From Candidatus Heimdallarchaeota archaeon (GTDB taxonomy: Archaea; Asgardarchaeota; Heimdallarchaeia; Heimdallarchaeales; Heimdallarchaeaceae): 64,000 bases of DNA. The stretch spans positions 65,648-129,647 of the forward strand of contig JAHLWR010000011.1 of NCBI GenBank assembly GCA_019057815.1, written 5' to 3'. The position numbers and the translations under genes are program-made. The notes below the pieces were generated by a model, which was not told the origin of the DNA, did no database searches, and saw only the letters and a program-made list of their open reading frames with translations. Numbering within the stretch: the stretch's first letter is position 1; every line of letters starts with the position of its first letter. Below are positions 50,110 through 59,276 of this stretch, piece after piece.

Positions 50110-51270
50110 TCATTTTTTCATGTGTTTTTTTGATTCTGCTATTAAATCTTGAAACATTTTCTCCTGACTACTAGGCATTGTGTAAATATCGTTCATTTTT
50201 TCAAGTAAACTTTTCTGTTCAGGAGATAGTTTCTTAGGGATATCTATATGGACAAAATAATGCATATCACCTTGATTAATCCCATATTCTGTTTTACGTC
50301 TTACACCTTTTCTTTTTAACCTTAAAATCGTTCCTTCACTGGTTTTAGCAGGTACCTTCAACTTTTCAGATCCGTAAAGGGTAGGAACAGTAATATATCC
50401 ACCTAAAACTGCAATAGAATAAGGAATATAAATTTCGGAATAGATGTTGTCTCCTTCTCGTTTATAGAATGAATGATCATCTGCCATTATTCTAATATAT
50501 AAATCCCCTCTAGGTCCTCCTATTCGCCCTTCTTCTCCCTTTTTTCTAATTCTCAATCTAAACCCAGAGTTTACCCCTTCTGGGATTTCTAGTTTGATTT
50601 TTTCATTATCTTTTGAACGACCTGATCCTCTACAAACAGGACAAGGATCACTTATTATTTCACCTTGACCTCTGCATGTTGAGCAGTGTTGCTGCGAGAT
50701 ATACCTTGTAAATCCCATTTCTCTTGTTATTGTTTCAACTCCTGACCCTTGACATGTAGTACAAACTTTAGGTGACGAACCTCCTTTAGTTCTTGTTCCT
50801 TTGCACGCTGGACACTCTTTTTTGATAGGAACCTCAACTACTTTCTTTGTTCCATATATAGCTTCCTCAAAAGTTATTCTATAATTCATAACCAAATCAG
50901 AACCTTTCTGTGGTCCCACAGTACGTCGAGTTTGCCTTCCCCCAAAAAAGTTTCCAAAGATATCTCCCCCAAAAATAGAAGAAATTAGGTCTGAGAATGA
51001 AGAAACATCATATGGGTTAACATTAGCGTAATCTGATTGAACACCTGCAAAACCAAAGCGGTCATAAGATGCTCTTTTTTCAGGATCTGATAATATTTCA
51101 AGTGATTCTGTAGCTTCTTTAAATTTATCAGCAGCATCAGGATCTTCAGGATTTCGGTCAGGGTGATATTTCATTGCTACTTTTCTATAAGATTTTTTTA
51201 TCTCGTCAATACTAGCATCACGTGATACACCCAGAACTTCGTAATAATCTCGTTTTGACTCTCGTGACAT
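50110..51270 (-). CDS. dnaJ: Chaperone DnaJ
   Basis: J domain with HPD, G/F region and four CxxCxGxG-type motifs. Confidence 0.98.
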   Translation of the reverse strand: MSRESKRDYYEVLGVSRDASIDEIKKSYRKVAMKYHPDRNPEDPDAADKFKEATESLEILSDPEKRASYDRFGFAGVQSDYANVNPYDVSSFSDLISSIFGGDIFGNFFGGRQTRRTVGPQKGSDLVMNYRITFEEAIYGTKKVVEVPIKKECPACKGTRTKGGSSPKVCTTCQGSGVETITREMGFTRYISQQHCSTCRGQGEIISDPCPVCRGSGRSKDNEKIKLEIPEGVNSGFRLRIRKKGEEGRIGGPRGDLYIRIMADDHSFYKREGDNIYSEIYIPYSIAVLGGYITVPTLYGSEKLKVPAKTSEGTILRLKRKGVRRKTEYGINQGDMHYFVHIDIPKKLSPEQKSLLEKMNDIYTMPSSQEKMFQDLIAESKKHMKK

Positions 51271-51358
51271 TTCTATTCAGTCCATGCTCTGTTTGATTGT
51301 TTAGAAAGAAAAGAAGAAGATGGAATAAAAACGTTATTGATTATGGTCTTTAAGATGA

Positions 51359-53242
51359 TTATTCATCGTCAGCCGGTTCATAATCAACATCAATAACGTT
51401 TTCTTCATCTATATCTTGAGTTGGAGCACCAGCAGCATCAGGAGCTGCACCAGGAGCTGCACCAGGAGCGCCAGGTTGTCCTCCTGTAGCTGCATAAATT
51501 CGTTGAGAAACTTTCATCATTTCCTGTAAAAGGTCCTCTGTTTTGCTTTTAATATTTTCAATATCTTCAGAATCCATGACACCTTTTAATGCTTCTACTT
51601 TTTCTTCGATTATGGTTTTCTCTTGTTCTTCTACTTTGTCTCCTAAATCTTTAAGAGATTTTTCCGTTGAGTATATTGTTTGTTCTGCTGCATTACGAGC
51701 TTCCACTTTTTCTTTACGTTTCATGTCTTCTTCCTTATATTTTTCAGCATCAACCCTCATTTTTTCTACGTCTTCATCAGATAGAGATGATGATTGAATT
51801 ACGATACTTTGTTCTTTCCCGGTTCCCAAATCTTTTGCAAAAACTTGTAAAATACCATTAGCGTCTATATCGAAGGATACTTCAATTTGAGGAACTCCTC
51901 TAGGAGCTGGTGGAATACCGACTAATTGGAAACGTCCGAGTGTTATATTATCTTGTGCCATTGATCTTTCGCCTTGTAAGACATGAATCTCAACACTTGG
52001 TTGCATATCAGCTGCAGTTGTAAACACTTTTTTCTTTGTAACGGGAATTGTAGTATTTCTATCAACTAATGTAGTCATTACGCTACCAAGAGTTTCCAAA
52101 CCTAGTGTTAAAGGTGTAACATCAAGAAGGAGGATGTCCTTAACTTCTCCAGCTAATACAGCTGCCTGAACTGCTGCGCCAAGAGCAACTACTTCATCAG
52201 GATTAATTCCTTTATAGGGTTCTTTGGATAATAGACCCTTGACCATTTTTTGTATCATAGGCATTCGTGTAGCTCCACCAACAAGGATTACTTTATCCAA
52301 ATCACTTGATTTCATTTTAGAATCTTCCATTGCGATTTTTAAAGGATTCAGACATTTCTCCACTAATTCATGTGTCATGTCTTCAAATTTTGCTCTTGTT
52401 AGTTCAAGGTCCAAGTGCTTGGGACCGCTGGCATCAGCTGTTATGTAAGGTAAGTTTATTCTAGTTTTTAGTTTTGAAGTAAGTTCAATTTTAGCTTCTT
52501 CTGCTGCATCTTTAAGTCTCTGCATTACTTTGGAATCTTCCGATAAATCAATACCTTCTTTTTTCTTGAATTCTTCTACTATCCATTCGATTATTATATC
52601 ATCCCAGTCGTCTCCACCTAATAGATTATTTCCACTGGTCGCTATAACTCTAAATAGACCATCATCAAGTTCAAGTATTGAGACATCAAAGGTTCCACCA
52701 CCTAAATCAAAGACTAGAACTTTTTCAGCTTTCTCTTTATCTAAACCATAAGCTAATGCTGATGCAGTTGGTTCATTTACAATTCTTAAAACTTCTAAAC
52801 CAGCAATTTCTCCTGAATCTTTGGTAGCTTGACGTTGAGAATCACTAAAGTAAGCAGGAACTGTAATTACAGCTTTTTTAATCGGTTCTCCAAGATAAGC
52901 TTCAGCGTCTTCTTTCATTTTAGTCAAAATCATTGCACTGAGTTCTTCAGGTCTTAACTTTTTGCCATCTAATTCGAATCTGTAGTCAGTACCCATTTTT
53001 CTTTTAATACTACGAACTGTTCTATCAGGTAAAGCTATTGTTTGCCTTTTAGCTAGAATGCCTACATTTCGAGTACCGTCTTCATTAAATGCTATAACAG
53101 AGGGTGTAAGTCGTCCACCTTCTGAGTTTGGAATGATTTCGGGTTTTTCTCCTACTACATAAGCAATCCCGGAATTAGTAGTACCTAAATCGATACCAAC
53201 CACTAACTCTTTTTTCTTTTTTTCTTCTTCTGCCATAATCAT
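51359..53242 (-). CDS. dnaK: Chaperone DnaK (Hsp70)
   Basis: [23 protein letters not shown]; lacks the diderm N-domain insert. Confidence 0.99.
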   Translation of the reverse strand: MIMAEEEKKKKELVVGIDLGTTNSGIAYVVGEKPEIIPNSEGGRLTPSVIAFNEDGTRNVGILAKRQTIALPDRTVRSIKRKMGTDYRFELDGKKLRPEELSAMILTKMKEDAEAYLGEPIKKAVITVPAYFSDSQRQATKDSGEIAGLEVLRIVNEPTASALAYGLDKEKAEKVLVFDLGGGTFDVSILELDDGLFRVIATSGNNLLGGDDWDDIIIEWIVEEFKKKEGIDLSEDSKVMQRLKDAAEEAKIELTSKLKTRINLPYITADASGPKHLDLELTRAKFEDMTHELVEKCLNPLKIAMEDSKMKSSDLDKVILVGGATRMPMIQKMVKGLLSKEPYKGINPDEVVALGAAVQAAVLAGEVKDILLLDVTPLTLGLETLGSVMTTLVDRNTTIPVTKKKVFTTAADMQPSVEIHVLQGERSMAQDNITLGRFQLVGIPPAPRGVPQIEVSFDIDANGILQVFAKDLGTGKEQSIVIQSSSLSDEDVEKMRVDAEKYKEEDMKRKEKVEARNAAEQTIYSTEKSLKDLGDKVEEQEKTIIEEKVEALKGVMDSEDIENIKSKTEDLLQEMMKVSQRIYAATGGQPGAPGAAPGAAPDAAGAPTQDIDEENVIDVDYEPADDE

Positions 53243-53934
53243 TCACCGTTTTCATTTTCTTCTTGTGATTTTTTTATAGTTTTTACTTGTTTTTTTCTGG
53301 AAATAACAACTTTAGCAGGTCTAACAACTAAATCTTCAAGTGTAAAACCTCTTGATGATACTTCTATTATTGATTGATCTTCTTTGTCATCCATCTCAAT
53401 AGAGTGAATTGCTTCATGGTATTTTGGATTAAATTTTTCAGTTTCAGGGTTTATTAACTTTAGACCCAGATTATCAAAAACTGTTTTAAGGCTCTCAAAA
53501 ACCATAGAAACAGCTTCTTGTGCTTTTTTAACATCGGGATGTTGGGATAACTTTTCTTTTGTTCTTTCAATATCATCGTAGATTGTTAGAAACTTCTTGA
53601 TAATATCAGATTTAGTAAGAATTTTATTCCATTCTTGTTGTCTCACTTGTTGTTTTTGGAAATTTTCAAAACTGGCTTGAACCCTTTGAGCTGTAGCAAG
53701 ATAGTCATCTCGCTTTTTCTTTGTTTCCTCTAGCTCAGTATATAAGTCAACAGCCATATCCTCAACAACATCTAAATCTTGAGCAATTAACATTTGAATC
53801 TTTGAACGAAACAGATCTACAGGATCAGGAGCGGATTCTTCTTGCGCATTTTGCTCAAGAATTTCTTCAGATTCCAATTCTTCTCCTACATCAACTTCGA
53901 TAAGCTCTTCATTTGTATCATCTTTCTTCGACAT
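53239..53934 (-). CDS. grpE: Nucleotide exchange factor GrpE
   Basis: [28 protein letters not shown]; likely ATG at 53934; overlaps the dnaK start. Confidence 0.95.
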   Translation of the reverse strand: MSKKDDTNEELIEVDVGEELESEEILEQNAQEESAPDPVDLFRSKIQMLIAQDLDVVEDMAVDLYTELEETKKKRDDYLATAQRVQASFENFQKQQVRQQEWNKILTKSDIIKKFLTIYDDIERTKEKLSQHPDVKKAQEAVSMVFESLKTVFDNLGLKLINPETEKFNPKYHEAIHSIEMDDKEDQSIIEVSSRGFTLEDLVVRPAKVVISRKKQVKTIKKSQEENENGE

Positions 53935-54010
53935 AGTATCTAACCTCATCGCTTTATTAACAATAAAGATAGTATGAGACCTTTTGTTCAATACCAATAG
54001 TCAACTACTG

Positions 54011-54065
54011 ATATATAAAACTTTCCATTTGTTTACTTAATAGAAACGCCATAACGAGTAAACAA
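54011..54065 (-). promoter_or_regulatory. grpE-dnaK-dnaJ promoter (BRE-TATA) with an upstream inverted repeat
   Basis: Minus-strand GGAAAG-TTTTATAT at 54013-54026; TTGTTTACT(54029-37)-N19-AGTAAACAA(54057-65). Confidence 0.55.
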
Positions 54066-54152
54066 GAAATGGGTTCTCTCAAAAACAGTATAAAAATCAC
54101 AAATACGTAATTCTATCAAGGGCTTTTTATATTAATAATTTAAAATAATCTC

Positions 54153-54219
54153 GGCCAGAGCCTCATAGACCAGCGGAGCGATGCTATGGCTAGCAATGAA
54201 GCACTGGAGCTCTCTGGCC
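54153..54219 (+). ncRNA. Candidate small structured RNA (GC-rich hairpin with a K-turn-like motif)
   Basis: GGCCAGAG/CTCTGGCC closing stem, CCAG/CTGG, apical TGCTA-TGGC-TAGCA flanked by GA and ATGA; TATA-like TTTATA ~25 nt upstream; much higher GC than the flanks. Confidence 0.65.
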
Positions 54220-54262
54220 ACTAAATACAAAAAATTAAATATATCATAATTGATTTGCTTTT

Positions 54263-54874
54263 ATGAAAGTTATAATTCTTGTAGGTTTACCGCTTTCTGG
54301 TAAGACCACCCATGCTAAAGTTATTGGTCTTAAATACAATATGCCTTTGTATGAAACAGGAGCAGAAGTTCTTGATGAAGTTACTCAAAGAGGTTTACAA
54401 TTCACTCCAGAGAACATCAAGCTAGTAACTGATGAATGTAAAAAGATTTCAGACAGTTATTTTACAGAGCGTTTGATAAAAAAAGTCGAAAAACTACCCA
54501 AAGATATACCAGGAGTAAATTTGTCTGGTATAAGAGCTGAATCGGAAGTTGAAGTCTTAAAAAAACACTTTGGAGATGATAATGTTTTTGTTATAGCTTT
54601 TCACGCTTCGATCAAAACTCGATATAGAAGGTTAAGTAATCTTGATCGTGTTGCCGAAACAACTGGTGCTAAGGCTGAAGAAGATAAAATCCTCCAAGAT
54701 TTTGATAATTTTCTAGCTCGTAACAGAAAAGAGCTTGGATATGGAGTAGGAAACGTCATAGCTAATGCGGATTATGTAATAAACACAGAAAACAAAAGAT
54801 GGCCTTATAATACAATAGAAAATAATACTGAAGAATTCGAGAAATGTGTTAAGGAAATATTTGATTTCAAGTGA
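54263..54874 (+). CDS. P-loop nucleotide kinase (UPF0200/dephospho-CoA-kinase-like)
   Basis: VGLPLSGKT, GIR..EV, R..RL, RNRKELGYGVG..IANADYVI. Confidence 0.85.
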   Translation: MKVIILVGLPLSGKTTHAKVIGLKYNMPLYETGAEVLDEVTQRGLQFTPENIKLVTDECKKISDSYFTERLIKKVEKLPKDIPGVNLSGIRAESEVEVLKKHFGDDNVFVIAFHASIKTRYRRLSNLDRVAETTGAKAEEDKILQDFDNFLARNRKELGYGVGNVIANADYVINTENKRWPYNTIENNTEEFEKCVKEIFDFK

Positions 54875-54926
54875 AAGCATAACTTTATTTGTTTCTAGAT
54901 ATCCAATAGATATTAGGTGTTGGGAA

Positions 54927-55859
54927 ATGGTCCATACTCCATATGGGGAAGACGAAAATACAACTGATATTCGAAAGATGCGGCTACAACAACAAGCACA
55001 ACAGCAATTTATCAACCAACTGCAACAAAGAATCGCTAAGCAAACGCAACGAGTAGAAGTATTAGAACAACAAATTGTAGAGCTTCAACAAGTCATAGTT
55101 AATAAAGATCAAGAATTAGAAAACTATTCAAAAAGATTGGAAGAACAAAGACTTTACTCTGATAAAGATAAAGAAGCTCGAAATGCTAGAGAACATGAAC
55201 TTAAAATGCAAATCATGGAAAGAGATGCAGTATTAAGTAAAACACGAAATATTTCTACTCAAAAAATCCAAGAGTTAGAAAGTAAACCCGATGTTTATGC
55301 CGAACTAAACAAACTTTTGAATAAAATCATGGTTTTTTATAAGAAACCTACAAGTGATGATTTTATTAACTCCTTGAAGACTTTATTGAAATACTGTTCA
55401 ACAGATGGTACTTTGGAACAAAGGTTAATTGGGGTTTTATTAAAGGATGAAATGCCTTTATCTATTGAAGAAATAGTAAGAGAAATACCCAACAACAAGG
55501 AAGAAATATCAGGTGCACTTTTTAGACTTGTTCAAGAGAGAAATATTAAAAAGGTTGGACAAGGATACTCTCCTGTTACATCAGAATTTGCAGTTAAAAC
55601 GGATGTAACAGAGGAATGGACGGGATTGAAGCCAGAAGAGATTTTTGAAAGATTATCAACAGTTATTTACGTGGGTTCGAACAAAGAAGATATAATAGGT
55701 GCTATCACGAAAGCTAGAGATACGCTCTTGGAGACTGCAGAACTACCACCAAGAATTCGTCACGAAATGAAAACACAAATAGAAAAAATTAAGCGTCATC
55801 CCCTTAATCCTACAGAGCTGATTGACATAATAAACAAATGGAAAGCAGAAATCAAATGA
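54927..55859 (+). CDS. Coiled-coil + winged-helix + helical-bundle hypothetical protein
   Basis: Gln-rich coiled coil, then PLSIEEIV...ALFRLVQERNIKK (wHTH-like); ATG 54927 follows AGGTG. Confidence 0.7.
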   Translation: MVHTPYGEDENTTDIRKMRLQQQAQQQFINQLQQRIAKQTQRVEVLEQQIVELQQVIVNKDQELENYSKRLEEQRLYSDKDKEARNAREHELKMQIMERDAVLSKTRNISTQKIQELESKPDVYAELNKLLNKIMVFYKKPTSDDFINSLKTLLKYCSTDGTLEQRLIGVLLKDEMPLSIEEIVREIPNNKEEISGALFRLVQERNIKKVGQGYSPVTSEFAVKTDVTEEWTGLKPEEIFERLSTVIYVGSNKEDIIGAITKARDTLLETAELPPRIRHEMKTQIEKIKRHPLNPTELIDIINKWKAEIK

Positions 55860-57684
55860 GGATTTTCATGCCGAATAATCCTCTAAAAATAAATTTACTT
55901 TCTTTCTCTTCTATTTGGAGTATAAGATCAATTTTATAATCATCAATTGAATCGAAACCTTCTGGAAGTGACACTTTTATATTTCCATCATAAATCCTAA
56001 TTTGCCTTCCTGGTCTTACATCACGTATAGGAAAAGTAGTTTTAGTCATAAGAGCGACATTTGGAGCAAAATAGGGGTTTTTTAGAAGAATTATAGAGAA
56101 TGTTTCTCCATCAAATTCTTTTGTCGTATAATGATAAATATAGAACCATTCTTGTAATTCAGATCTAATACTTCCAACTGGAAGATATTCTTGAGTTATT
56201 AAATCTTGCAATTCTTTTTTGCCAGCTCTAGTTATATTGGGAACTTCAAACACACCCAGATTCTTTAAGTCATCAATTCCTTGTTCTATTTCCTCAGTAC
56301 ATCTTTCCTTAATAGAATAATGTAGAATCACTAATAATTCTAGACTATCTTTCGCAAGGATTGTCTCCTTTATATTAACTGCTAAGTAATGAGCCTGAAG
56401 CAGAATTAGTAAAGCATGCTCATTTTGTTGTAATCGAAGAAAGATATAACCAAGCTGAATTAATAGTTCTATTTCATCTTTCCCATCTGAGGAAGCTTTC
56501 TTATCCATTAGTCCGCTTTCAATTATTGTTGATGCTAGTATTACAGCTCGAATTAATCCAAAGAGATCATCTCTGTTTTCAGTCTTGCATAATATTAGAA
56601 ATTTCGCAGAATAATAGCTCGCTAGCCTCTCAAATTGATTAGTAATTAGCAAATAAACCATTCTTAAAAAGTGTAAATCCATATAGATATCTGAAACCAG
56701 TGAAGGAAAGATTGTTGAAAGTTCGGTTAATATATTTATATGGCCATTTAGGCTTTGAAAGTCTAGAAGTGTGAATTCAACAATACTAAGAAGATATAGA
56801 ATTTTAGCTCTTAACCTAATTGCTAATTCTTCTGTACAACTTTCTTTATTCTTTAAAGCAATTCTTAAGTCTAATGATAAGTCAGCCAGAGCAGAGTAGA
56901 TATCTCCTAATTCTACTTTTAATTCTTCCAAATTACCGATTTTTAGCTGCTCTAGATAATTCGGAAATTCAAATTCAATTTCATTCATTAAATCTATTAA
57001 TTTATTTTCTTCTTGAATAGCATGAAAGTGCTCTACTTTTGTATGCTCTATTTTTCGTGGTTTTCTTGCATAAGTCTCTAACACATTTAAAGCATGTTCT
57101 TGAATTTTCTTAATTCTCGTTACAGGATCAAAAAATTGTTGCATATCCACTGAATGTCGAATTTCATCTGACAAAATAGTATCATATAACTCTTCTAAAA
57201 ATATAGATTGTTTGTCTTGAGAACAAGCATTCTTCAACAAAAATATAAAGGAAGAACTGATAAGAACAGGAATACGCAGTTTTTCACAAGCCCTTACGAG
57301 TTGAAGGTCGCTTGAAATTACGACACCCTTTACTTCATCTGCAGCAACTATGTTTGAGATATCAACTATTTGGGGTGCATGAATGTCTCTTTTAGTCAAT
57401 TCTTTTCTAAAACTTCTAATATTTTTCATTGATATTTGTTTAACCTGAATTGGTGGCTTTATTCTTCTCCTTAAGTACCATCTTAATTCTTGCAAAATGT
57501 GATTGGAGACATATATTTCTAATCCTAAATCATAGATTACTTGAAGAAATAATTGAAAATCTGATGGGTTTTTCTCGAAACCACTAATGAAAAAATTTGT
57601 GTCTAGTACGAATTTTCTTATTTTCGATAAGTCATGTTTCACTTTAATCCCATCATTTTTCGCTTTTTCTTCCATATTGCGCAA
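55852..57684 (-). CDS. PIN-domain protein with a long helical-repeat C-terminal region
   Basis: FVLDTNF, ILQEL, IVDIS, VISSD give an intact PIN acidic tetrad. Confidence 0.8.
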   Translation of the reverse strand: MRNMEEKAKNDGIKVKHDLSKIRKFVLDTNFFISGFEKNPSDFQLFLQVIYDLGLEIYVSNHILQELRWYLRRRIKPPIQVKQISMKNIRSFRKELTKRDIHAPQIVDISNIVAADEVKGVVISSDLQLVRACEKLRIPVLISSSFIFLLKNACSQDKQSIFLEELYDTILSDEIRHSVDMQQFFDPVTRIKKIQEHALNVLETYARKPRKIEHTKVEHFHAIQEENKLIDLMNEIEFEFPNYLEQLKIGNLEELKVELGDIYSALADLSLDLRIALKNKESCTEELAIRLRAKILYLLSIVEFTLLDFQSLNGHINILTELSTIFPSLVSDIYMDLHFLRMVYLLITNQFERLASYYSAKFLILCKTENRDDLFGLIRAVILASTIIESGLMDKKASSDGKDEIELLIQLGYIFLRLQQNEHALLILLQAHYLAVNIKETILAKDSLELLVILHYSIKERCTEEIEQGIDDLKNLGVFEVPNITRAGKKELQDLITQEYLPVGSIRSELQEWFYIYHYTTKEFDGETFSIILLKNPYFAPNVALMTKTTFPIRDVRPGRQIRIYDGNIKVSLPEGFDSIDDYKIDLILQIEEKESKFIFRGLFGMKILI

Positions 57685-59276
57685 GTAATTAAAACATAAA
57701 AGCTTATCTCTAATATATGTAGAGTTGGAGTTTGTTGTGTAGTTTTTGGAAATCCTGGTATAGTAAGATTTTCAGGTATTGATTCTATCTCTATTTCATG
57801 ATAATAATGCTCATAGACATAATCTTCCTCTAATTCATCAAAATAATCATATAACCAATAATTAATCATGTTAAATGTCATTGAAAAACCGAACAATTTT
57901 CCCATAGCGGAATAGGATAACCATCCACTCGAATTGATATAATATTCTTGTATATCGTTTCTTTCGTAAAAATATAGAGTGTTATTTTCTTGATATTTAA
58001 CTGAAAAATCCCATAATAAATTGTGCAGAAGATTTTCTGTATTATATTCTACTCTCAAATCAAGTTTTTCAAGGGTAAATAATGAATGAGACGTATCTGA
58101 AATTTCAAACTGGAAACCGTTTATTTCTTCATAAAGATTTAAGAACAGACTTTGAATCAAAGCAACATAGCCTGCATATCTTTGCCATGTTGGTAAAACA
58201 TAAGGTTCAATTAGAGAAACTATCGTTCTATGCAAAGGCGTAGGAGTAGAGGGACCATAATAAACTTGAGTTTCAGGATTATAAATATACAAAGATTTTG
58301 ATAAATCCAAACCAGATGAAGAAATTACGAATTTTAATCCGTTACTTTGATTCAAATTTTTGAACCAGTCTGTTAGAACTATAAGACCGTCTTCAGTACT
58401 GTTTTTTTGCTTATACATTTCATACGAAGCATTACTGTTAGTAATAAAGAAATTGATAACATTGTCATCAACAGGGGATGAGATTATAGAACAACTTTCA
58501 TATGTTAAAATCAACGAACTAGATTTGTTCTCATAATTAAGATACATTAAGAGAGATTTTAACAAACCACTTTCTTTGTTCCAAACAGCTTTAACTGATA
58601 TCGTAAAATCTAATTTTGCTTCCAATGATACTGTGAAATCATCATATCCCTGATTATAAATATTCACTGAAAAAGAGCTGTTCAACATCAACATACTAAA
58701 TTCTGCTTCATAACGATCATAATCTGTGTCCAATACTAAAGGAAGAAAATCAAAAAAGTTTAATTCATTTATCAGAGATGCAAAATTAGGTCTTGATATA
58801 TCAGTAAAAAAGCTAGGAACATATAATGTGCTATTAGCGAGGATTTCAGCGCCAACCATCCCTGTTCTAGTCGCATTATAATTATAACCAATTAGATCGG
58901 ACATAAAATCACCATTTGTATCAAAGTTGATATTCAAGGGTTTCGCGGTTATGATATAATTTTCAATAGAAAGTGTATCTACAAAAGTGGGATAAGACTT
59001 ATTTGATTCGATATAATAGATATCCCTTAGCTCTTTTTTCTTATTTTTTATGAGAATGTATAAATTTGAATCGGTTAAAGAACCATCAATATCAAAACCT
59101 AAATCTGTAAACAAATTCTGCAGATTTTCACCTTGTACTATTTTATAACATATTTTGTAACCTTGGTTTTCATAATTAAAATTCCTAGAGAAAGAGGATA
59201 AAGCTGATTCAGAATATTGTATTGGTGATAGTGAGTAGATTAAGAATAATATCAAAATGATTGCTTTACTTTTCAC
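57639..59276 (-). CDS. Secreted beta-rich surface protein with a C-terminal TM anchor
   Basis: Signal peptide, Tyr/Asn-rich body, TM helix and KKKRK tail. Confidence 0.75.
   Translation of the reverse strand: MKSKAIILILFLIYSLSPIQYSESALSSFSRNFNYENQGYKICYKIVQGENLQNLFTDLGFDIDGSLTDSNLYILIKNKKKELRDIYYIESNKSYPTFVDTLSIENYIITAKPLNINFDTNGDFMSDLIGYNYNATRTGMVGAEILANSTLYVPSFFTDISRPNFASLINELNFFDFLPLVLDTDYDRYEAEFSMLMLNSSFSVNIYNQGYDDFTVSLEAKLDFTISVKAVWNKESGLLKSLLMYLNYENKSSSLILTYESCSIISSPVDDNVINFFITNSNASYEMYKQKNSTEDGLIVLTDWFKNLNQSNGLKFVISSSGLDLSKSLYIYNPETQVYYGPSTPTPLHRTIVSLIEPYVLPTWQRYAGYVALIQSLFLNLYEEINGFQFEISDTSHSLFTLEKLDLRVEYNTENLLHNLLWDFSVKYQENNTLYFYERNDIQEYYINSSGWLSYSAMGKLFGFSMTFNMINYWLYDYFDELEEDYVYEHYYHEIEIESIPENLTIPGFPKTTQQTPTLHILEISFYVLITCAIWKKKRKMMGLK

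Noticed and set aside
51431-51475. 12-bp repeats at the dnaK 3' end
   Set aside because: Ordinary low-complexity GAAP tail of DnaK.
54153-54219. tRNA or SECIS element
   Set aside because: No T-loop or cloverleaf; the GA/AUGA order is opposite to a eukaryote-type SECIS and no in-frame TGA gene is nearby.
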